The translations under genes and the position numbers were made by a program. Below, one piece after another: positions 29,706 to 37,900 of a DNA stretch of 64,000 nucleotides; within the stretch, counting starts at the first letter, position 1; the number at the start of each line of letters is the position of its first letter. Source of the stretch: Candidatus Cloacimonadales bacterium (GTDB lineage: Bacteria > Cloacimonadota > Cloacimonadia > Cloacimonadales > JAIOQZ01); NCBI GenBank assembly GCA_963665815.1, contig OY762463.1:2080001-2144000 (forward strand). The letters are read 5' to 3'. Under the pieces are notes generated by a model. The model was not told where the DNA came from, did not search any database, and saw only the letters and a list, made by a program, of their open reading frames with translations.

Positions 29706-30500
29706 TCATTTTTGAGGTTCACCAATATTAAGAAAAGACTCCATTGAGTCCAATGCATCTGCAGCAGTAGGAACTACTCCGGGTTCATCAACTTTGATAT
29801 TACCCTTTTCTACCTCTCCTTCATATTTTTCCTGTACTTTTTGAACAGAGTAAGTAATAGCAGCTTCGGCAGTTTTCATGTTAATAACTCCTCCAGCAGC
29901 AACACCCAGAACGAAGTAAGCTTCTTTCTTCATAGGTAAATTAGGATCTTCAGCATCGCATGCTAATGCTACTGTCTCCACAGTTGCACAGGTACCAGCA
30001 GTAGTTCCTGCTAGCATACTAATCATCCCTGCTGCAACTGCAATTGAAGAACCGCCTGTGAGGATTGCTGTTGCTCCACCTGCTATTCCTATCCCTGCCG
30101 CAGCCCATAATGAACCTGCAGTCCACGCTCTTCTAGACTTGCTTACAGTTTCCTTCGCTTTTTCACTAGCAGCCCCATCCGGATCAAGGAAGTTCAATGG
30201 GTCGTTGTGGCAATACACATAAGGACTAAAGAACTCATCAGCTGGGTCAACGACCATCCAGCACCCGAGCTGTGGGTCGTAATAACGCACACCGTAGTGG
30301 TAGCAATGAGCTTGCAGGGCATAGCCCGAAAGTCTCCAAAAATGAGCTCGTAGCCGCAGGCGAGAGTCTCCACTCCGAAGTTCGTAGGATTTGAATCCGA
30401 GAACCATAGGGTGTACATTATTCTCATCTTCAAATTCTTTGTTGTTGTAAAGGAATTTGTTATCCACACTATTGTTAACAGATAATCCCAGAATCCTCAT
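29706..30500 (-). CDS. Orphan RHS stub plus hydrophobic (membrane-active?) toxin tip (cassette D)
   Basis: YHYGVRYYDP..DPLNFLDPDG followed by WTAGSLWAAAGIGIAGGATAILTGGSSIAVAAGMISML. Confidence 0.85.
   Translation of the reverse strand: MRILGLSVNNSVDNKFLYNNKEFEDENNVHPMVLGFKSYELRSGDSRLRLRAHFWRLSGYALQAHCYHYGVRYYDPQLGCWMVVDPADEFFSPYVYCHNDPLNFLDPDGAASEKAKETVSKSRRAWTAGSLWAAAGIGIAGGATAILTGGSSIAVAAGMISMLAGTTAGTCATVETVALACDAEDPNLPMKKEAYFVLGVAAGGVINMKTAEAAITYSVQKVQEKYEGEVEKGNIKVDEPGVVPTAADALDSMESFLNIGEPQK
30308..30413 (+). repeat. GNA/GA hairpin element, 3 units
   Basis: Same 106-nt element; second unit GCC-GCA-GGC, third unit GGAT-TTGA-ATCC. Confidence 0.92.
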
Positions 30501-30573
30501 ACCGAACGGGTAATAATGGTCAAGAAATTATTCTCGAGATTTTTATCCCTTTAGAATGAAACCTCGAAAATAA

Positions 30574-30773
30574 GACCCGACATAAACATAACCGGTGTTA
30601 TTGGTAAAAACTTGATACTGGAGTTTAAAGGTAAATCCATGGTGCTAAGCCAGGATGAACAGGCAGAATTCGGACTGATTTACAGCATAGAACCTGACTC
30701 TGTTACTGTACAGGTGAAAGACAGTTTTTTCACGTATAAACTGGCTAAGGATAACAGAATGGAGTTAGAGTAG
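30574..30773 (+). pseudogene. 200-nt diverged copy of the 3' end of the PilP-like gene
   Basis: Collinear with 24249-24448 through the TAG stop; most differences are synonymous. Confidence 0.9.
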
Positions 30774-30815
30774 TATATTTTCCCTTTTAAGATTTAACCA
30801 CGAAATACACATAAG

Positions 30816-30842
30816 AAAAAAGCCAGAAAACATGTTTCTGGC
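30816..30842 (-). terminator. Repeated cassette terminator, copy 4 (directly after the full-length RHS gene)
   Basis: GCCAGAAA-ACATG-TTTCTGGC preceded by an A-tract. Confidence 0.75.
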
Positions 30843-30873
30843 CTTGAATAATAAGTTTCAAATGAATATTTGA

Positions 30874-33800
30874 TTAATCCCATTCATCAGATTCTCCTGA
30901 CTCTGTAGTCTGCCTAGATGAAGGAGGGTATGCTTCATCGGGGGCATTACTCCTATTGAGTTGTTCAACCTGCAATTTTCGATTTAAATTGTCTATCGGT
31001 GCTCCAATCTTGATTATCTCTTGTCCAATCATATCCTGTTCGAAATATTCTTGATGAGTATATATCTTACTATCTTTTGTGTTAGAAACACTAACTTCAT
31101 GAGAACCTATTTTTTTCAGATTTGCAAATTTTTTCAACCACTTTATCTTACCTATTGGAAGAAGATCGAATGATATAGAAGTCCCTTCACCAGTTGCCAT
31201 AACATCACCGGATTCAGAGCGAATAACATGTCTATGATTGTTAACAAAATAACCATCAGTTATTGTTGTAGTCTCACCTGAATAAACACTTAAATCATCA
31301 TTACTATATACTGTTGATTCAATTGAGATGGAAAGCCCAAATGTATTACCCATGCTTTTACCTTTTGCGAAAGTATCTCGACATTCTGTGTCTGTAGACA
31401 TGTGCCCCCAACTCAAAGAACCTCCAACAAATAATCCCCCACTAATTGTAATACTATATGCTTTAGCAACAGCCCCATCGGGATCAAGGAAGTTCACCGG
31501 ATCGTTATGGCAATACACATAAGGACTAAAGAACTCATCAACCGGGTCAACTGCCATCCAGCGCCCAAGCTGTGGATCGTAATAACGCACACCGTAGTGA
31601 TACCAGTTAAGGTTGTAATCATCTTCGTATTCCTTATTGTTGTAGAGGAATTTATTGGATTTATCTCCATTGGCAGAGGATAATCCTCCAAGTCTCATTC
31701 CAAATGGGTAATAATGGTCTTCCTGCACAAGCAAAGGATCATAGAAGGAAGGACTACTCATATCAGTATCTCTCTTAACGGATGCTCTGGTATTACTGAG
31801 GTGATCTTTCATATCATAAACATACTCAAAGTTATGGTCTGCATTCATTACAATTCTACCCGCAGGCTGTGTTACCTGTTTGATTATTCTGTTATCGAGA
31901 ATTACTCCACCGCAATAGTCGGTTGTACTTGTAATATTGCCATCAGCATCCCGTACATTCTTTCTGAGCTTAGCTCCACCTGCAGAATATATCCATTCTA
32001 TAGACCTGCCATCCTCGAACGAAACGAAATCCGGAAGATTAAGATAGTTGTATGAAATGTTAATACCTTTATTGTGGTCTTCTGTCAGATTACCATTAGC
32101 ATCATACACATATTCTATCTGTCCTGATGTTGAGTAATTATGTCCCCTGTCATTAAAATCTTCACTTTGCAGAGTAGATACAGCGTCATCCACAGCAATC
32201 AGCTTATTACCATCATAATTATATGAAAGCTGGTCAATATAACCGTTTGCTCCTGTACCTTTTCTGTCAATGTGCTTAATATTTCCGTTCAAATCATATT
32301 GTATGTTATCAACATCATATGTACCAAAATTCTCGTAAGGATAAGGATTTTGATCTGTATCATTATTAACTCCGAATTTTGCACTCTCAAGCTGATATGA
32401 ATTATCATAGGCATAGGCATAAGCCATCTTCTGAGAATTTCCAAATGAAGAGCTGGATCGTGTTCTCCAGATAAATTCTGAGATTATACCGGTGTAGTTG
32501 GGAGTTGTATAACCTGTTTCGGTGTTCTCGAAATTAAGCTTATAAGCAAACATATCATTGTCATTGGATCTGAAATCAACATCATTTACTTGTGTAACTT
32601 TCCCCTTAATATTGTACCAGTAATCCACTTTCTGCAGGAAAGCTGCATCTGTCAGAGAAACCGGGTCTGAGCTGAAAAGATCAAAATTTTCATCAAGACG
32701 GGCATCAAGCAGTTTGGATTTCAACTGGTTCATTTCATTGTAATGATTTTCGAGCACAAGAATCGGGTCATCATCATTAACCTGCATATATACTTGCTTT
32801 ATCCCATCATTATGATTATATTCATATCTTTTTCTGGTCACGAGAGTATTATAATCTAAACTTCCGGATACGATCTCTTTAACTGTTACTTCTTTAACAG
32901 GTAAATCAATGAAATTATAGCTAACGGTATTAATAGTTTTCATGTTCATGTGATCAAGAGATTGTGTCTGGATAACATTACCATGTTTATCATAATAAGT
33001 CACTGTTTCCAGCCACTGATTTTCAGGTCCATTTGTAAGAATATCAATACTCGAAGATGCTTCAAGCTGCTGTCCTGGGTGTGTACAGAATCCCGGATTA
33101 AATATGATAGATTCTCCGGAATATTTCACAACTACTTCATCCGGGCAGTAACTATAAGAATGATTTCCATAGAATATTGTACCACCGGGAGTATCTGAGT
33201 TTAATACACGCACTTTGCTGCAAGTCGCTTTACCGGAAACTCTGTCGAATTTTTCCACTTCCGGAAGCTCTGAGCATGGAGCAAAGGTATAATTCTCGTT
33301 CCCCGGGAAATCGTAATTATCATAGTAGTTTACTGAAAGTACCTGACAATTAATAATATTGGGGAAGGCTGCATTTGAATATTCAAAGGCTTCTGAAGGA
33401 TCACGTTTTTCATATAAATCGAATGAGCTTGAGAAAGCCGGATCATCAAACATATTTTGCAGAAATGATCTTGTATGAATTGCAGGACCCTCATAAATCC
33501 CGGACAATATTGTTCTACCTCTGACATCCACTTTTGAGAATGTCCAATGATCCTGAGCTCTCATATTGGAATCTCTGGTTAGTACAATTCTTCCGGTTTT
33601 ATCATATACGGTTTCAATTGTGCCACATTCTGGCAGCGTTTTCTCAATAAGCCTGTTACGTGTATCGTACTTCATTATGGTAGCGTATTTATTAACCAGA
33701 TCAATGTTATTCTGATCTGTTTCTCCTAACTCATATTGATAACTATTGGCTAGTTCAGGTGGTATAATTGCAACCTGGTTTCCCTTATCATCAAAAACAT

Positions 33801-34926
33801 AATAGGTTTCCTTGAACTGATTGCCGGCATCATCAATTGCAGATCTTTTCAAAACTATTTTTCCATTCATGTCAGTGAATGAATATGATGTTAATCCGTT
33901 AGGATCAGTTACAATTTGAATAGTCAGCTTATCATGGCTGTAATAGCTGCTTGTTGGATGACCGTCTTCTCCCCATATTCTTACTTCTCCACCGGGAGTA
34001 TCAGCTTTGTTTGTTGCGGAAAATGTCTTAGTGGTATGACCGTTAGTATTGTCTGCTGCTGGCTGAAATACTGACCCGATTCCTCCCTGTTCGTATACTA
34101 CATCTTCCGGGCATTTGAAGTATTTTTTTACTGCAAATGGAGATGTATCATATGGATTACCTCCCGGATTATTTACACCATAAAAGTTGAGAAGAGAAGT
34201 TTCAGCATTACGCCTGAATCTTCCGTCTCCCGTATCTGATGCGAATGGCAGTAATTGTTTGTATTCTCTGCCAAGCTCATCATATATTTTATGTTCAACA
34301 ATATCCTTAAAACTATCCGAAGCGTTTTTACTGATAATTTGTCTGATTTTACCATCTGGATCAGCATAGATGATTTTTTCAGAAATCTCACCTGTTGAAA
34401 GAGAGCAGATTTCTGTTTCATTTTTCTCCGGAACATTTATAACTTTTGTAGATATTCTGTTTGAAATTGGATTAACACTAACATCCTTAAATAAAGTTAC
34501 ATAGCCACTGCTTGTGCTACTGCTGTAATGAAATTCAATGCTGACATGTAAAACTCCACATCCTGCCTCCTCGATTCCAGAGACATATGGTATTTTGAAA
34601 ACAGGACTCTGCCAGTTTATTTTCTCATTAAGAACTATATTTCCATTAAAGCTGCAAACCCAATTATAAGGAGTGAACTCTGTCTGGTTTACATAAGTAC
34701 CAACAAAGGTTGTATAATAGGCTTTGAATGTATATCCATCAATCTCTGGGTCGTCATCAATGTTTCCACTTTCATCAGTTTCGAGGTAAAAATTCCTATC
34801 AAGATCAAATATCTGAAAAACTATATTATGTTCATTATCAAAATAAGCTTCAACAGAGAAGTCTTCGTATGAAAACATACATACTGTAATTGAAATAATT
34901 ATCATTATTAATATTTTTCTTTTCAT
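30874..34926 (-). CDS. Signal-peptide RHS repeat-associated core toxin (DUF6443-like N-terminus; TcC-like chain)
   Basis: YADPDGKIRQII..YDELGREYKQLLPF; KDHLSNTR..YYPFG..YYDPQLGRWMAVDP..DPVNFLDPDG, then a roughly 200-aa tip. Confidence 0.92.
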   Translation of the reverse strand: MKRKILIMIIISITVCMFSYEDFSVEAYFDNEHNIVFQIFDLDRNFYLETDESGNIDDDPEIDGYTFKAYYTTFVGTYVNQTEFTPYNWVCSFNGNIVLNEKINWQSPVFKIPYVSGIEEAGCGVLHVSIEFHYSSSTSSGYVTLFKDVSVNPISNRISTKVINVPEKNETEICSLSTGEISEKIIYADPDGKIRQIISKNASDSFKDIVEHKIYDELGREYKQLLPFASDTGDGRFRRNAETSLLNFYGVNNPGGNPYDTSPFAVKKYFKCPEDVVYEQGGIGSVFQPAADNTNGHTTKTFSATNKADTPGGEVRIWGEDGHPTSSYYSHDKLTIQIVTDPNGLTSYSFTDMNGKIVLKRSAIDDAGNQFKETYYVFDDKGNQVAIIPPELANSYQYELGETDQNNIDLVNKYATIMKYDTRNRLIEKTLPECGTIETVYDKTGRIVLTRDSNMRAQDHWTFSKVDVRGRTILSGIYEGPAIHTRSFLQNMFDDPAFSSSFDLYEKRDPSEAFEYSNAAFPNIINCQVLSVNYYDNYDFPGNENYTFAPCSELPEVEKFDRVSGKATCSKVRVLNSDTPGGTIFYGNHSYSYCPDEVVVKYSGESIIFNPGFCTHPGQQLEASSSIDILTNGPENQWLETVTYYDKHGNVIQTQSLDHMNMKTINTVSYNFIDLPVKEVTVKEIVSGSLDYNTLVTRKRYEYNHNDGIKQVYMQVNDDDPILVLENHYNEMNQLKSKLLDARLDENFDLFSSDPVSLTDAAFLQKVDYWYNIKGKVTQVNDVDFRSNDNDMFAYKLNFENTETGYTTPNYTGIISEFIWRTRSSSSFGNSQKMAYAYAYDNSYQLESAKFGVNNDTDQNPYPYENFGTYDVDNIQYDLNGNIKHIDRKGTGANGYIDQLSYNYDGNKLIAVDDAVSTLQSEDFNDRGHNYSTSGQIEYVYDANGNLTEDHNKGINISYNYLNLPDFVSFEDGRSIEWIYSAGGAKLRKNVRDADGNITSTTDYCGGVILDNRIIKQVTQPAGRIVMNADHNFEYVYDMKDHLSNTRASVKRDTDMSSPSFYDPLLVQEDHYYPFGMRLGGLSSANGDKSNKFLYNNKEYEDDYNLNWYHYGVRYYDPQLGRWMAVDPVDEFFSPYVYCHNDPVNFLDPDGAVAKAYSITISGGLFVGGSLSWGHMSTDTECRDTFAKGKSMGNTFGLSISIESTVYSNDDLSVYSGETTTITDGYFVNNHRHVIRSESGDVMATGEGTSISFDLLPIGKIKWLKKFANLKKIGSHEVSVSNTKDSKIYTHQEYFEQDMIGQEIIKIGAPIDNLNRKLQVEQLNRSNAPDEAYPPSSRQTTESGESDEWD

Positions 34927-34938
34927 GTTCCAACCTCC

Positions 34939-37900
34939 CTAATTTCCTTTTCCTCTTGAGTATTCATACTCAGATTCACTTATAATATTGCCTTCATCAT
35001 CTCTGGTTCTAATTAACCTGCCCATTTCATCATACTCGAATGAGATTGATAGCCTGTTCTCATCAGTTATTGCAATAAGCTTTCCTGTCAAATCATCATA
35101 AGTGTATGTTGTCATTGCTGCATCTTTTGGATGTATTCGAATCTCATCAAAAAGCACATAACCATCAGGATCATTATTTGTGTTGCTCTGAAAACGTAAC
35201 CAAAACTGCATAGGACCATTTTCCTGAGATATTTCAAACTCAATTTCATGCAGCTCCCACTCTCCGGATCCATAACATGGATGGCTTTCAATCAAGCCGT
35301 AATATCTGTTCTCTCCATACATAAACTGACCATTACATCCTGGTTCTGCCTTGAACCAGATAGATGCAACATAAGTTTTGTTTGGTTTAAAAACATGTGG
35401 ATTGGAAATATTAAAGCCCATTGTTGATCTAATCTCCTTGTCATAATCCAAACCGTCCCATAATTCTGTAAGCTTAATACCTCTTTGACCAACTTTAACT
35501 TCGTCCGGTTCGGAAGTTATATTATTTGGATGTAAGTTCTGAAAGTTGATCAAGTCATCTTGCTCAAATCCACAGGCAAAGGCTTCGAGGTATTCGGCAT
35601 TATCTACTGTTGCAATAACATTCATGCTTGTAACATCATAAATTGTGGATGAATGAACTTCTCTGCTATCAACAACATCTATTGCGTGTCCAAAATTATC
35701 GAACGCTTCAATATTAGACATTCTTTCCCATTTACCGTTTTGAACAAGATCTTCTTCCGGATTATTCTGGAAGTCAAACTCCTCATAATCAAACTTTCCA
35801 CCAACATATTTATACACATCATTTTTTCTGTAAATGCCTTTTGGGGAAGTGTTTAGGTATTCCGGAGTCCAATCTTTCCATGTTGTTACTTCTGCATAGG
35901 TTAAGTACTCATTGATCCAGTTATTAGATTCATACGCTCTTATATCAAAGAAATCCATTGTCTCAGTTGGAGGAATAGAGTATTCTTTCTTACATGCTTC
36001 CTGAGTAAGCATGTTCTTGTTTTCCATTTCTGGATAATGCCAATAAGCAGGAATTATTTCCTTATATAGCTTATTCCCTTTAGAGTTTTCTCGGGATGTT
36101 ATTATTACTTTTCCGCTCAATGCATCATAAGCTTCATTTTTCTGAACAGTTACAGTGGTTCCTGAAACATTATAATCAGCATCAAGATGGTTAACTGTTG
36201 TCGTGATGGAATTCTCGAAAACATTATTTTCCCAGATATGAACTCGTACATCCGGACTGGAGGAAGATTCTTTTGTGTAAAACCTTTGTGACGTCATACC
36301 TAATTCGTATGTATGTGGATTAAGTTCTCCCCTAATGTACGACTTTGCACCGATTAAACCATTTGTAGAGTACTCATATTCTGTTGTGGTTATAGGCTGG
36401 AAAGTACCATCAGGTTTTTCTGCATAAGTTTTGATAGATCTCATCCTGCCATAAACTCCGGTCCTGTTATTAATCCAGACATTAGCGTCATCACCTGCAC
36501 GTTGATGACTTACATCATCGACATATGGCAAATCCTCAGGAGTATAGAATTCATAAACTGTTTTACCATTTAGTGACAGAGTTTCCACACCATTACTAAT
36601 TGATGTCTCAGAAACTTCTACATTATCATAGAACACACCGGGAGAAGGTCCCAAAAGGTTTAAGCCAATTCCCTGAATGTTATTATCTATATAAGGTTTT
36701 GAATAAGCATAATGTCCATCTCCTGTTAAAGAAAGCCTATAATCAAAATACTTCATATCCTCATGGAGTTCATGCTTTATAACTTCTGGAAAACATGACA
36801 GCACACCATTTCCATAATTGTAATTTGTTTTGGAGATTTCACCTGCATTATACAGAGTTATTGATCTAATCCTGTGACCTCCACCATACATGAACTCAGG
36901 GGCAATTCCATATCCAAGAGTAAAACCAATACCACTATATGCATAATAACGTATTTCTGTATCAAGGATTACATATTCAGAAGCTGTATTAGAGAAATCG
37001 ATTGTCACAGGAATGAAAGAATAATTAAAGTTCACTTCAGTAGTTCCCCAACCTTCAATTACTGGTCGAAATAGACAAAATGGAGCATCATCATTGTAAT
37101 TCTGGGAATAATCATTGTATATTGTTGCAAGAGAATCCAAGTTTTCAGACAAAGAGTAAAAATCTGAAGTGGGAACTATACCCCACTGTGGCAAAGTGGT
37201 TGGATGATAATTATACCTATTTTCATAATCATGTGTGAATGTACTGAAAGTGAAGTTTGCAATATTATCTCCTGAACCAAGTTTCTTAATTAAATCAGAC
37301 TCATATTCTATTTCTGTTACCGCTCCGGTTGGACTCACAATTTTATTCAACAGCCAGGCTGAAGCATCTCTGTCTGCAATTTCCTTTATCTGGGCATTCG
37401 TATGTATTTCCTTTTCACCTATAGAAGTATAACCACCCCACATATCCCAGGTAAATTCACTCCAATCCGGATTGAAACCATAATAGAACTTAGTGGAAGG
37501 CAGAGTATTTAATGATCCATTTAAACCTGTTTTCTTTATTGATCTTAAGGTCAACTTACCAGTATCCGCATTTGGGGCTCCCTGCTGTAGAGAATAATCA
37601 TAACTGAAATCAATACCTTTTAAAGAAGTGTTAATGTAGTTTTTGTTATATAATCGTATTTTATCCAGTTTTCTGGCAGAATAAGTTATATCCTCATCAA
37701 ACATTGGCTCTGATGTTGGTTTGAAAAGCTGGAAGGTTAACGCTCTAAGATGTACATTATGAGGAGTTCCAATACCGAACACACTCAAGGGAATGATCTG
37801 AGTACAAATTCCATCGTCAGGACTGTCATTAACCAATTGTGATTCTTCATATTCGTACTCGTAGTTAATTTTCCTTTCATATACATCATTGTTTATATCT

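Noticed and set aside
24449-30873. Cassette array as an integron or CRISPR array
   Set aside because: No tyrosine integrase or cas genes in the window; no convincing RYYYAAC..GTTRRRY attC sites; spacing is gene-sized and irregular.
27972-31691. Similar small ORFs 27972-28205, 30194-30469 and 31494-31691
   Set aside because: Alternative-frame read-outs of the repeated RHS core DNA.
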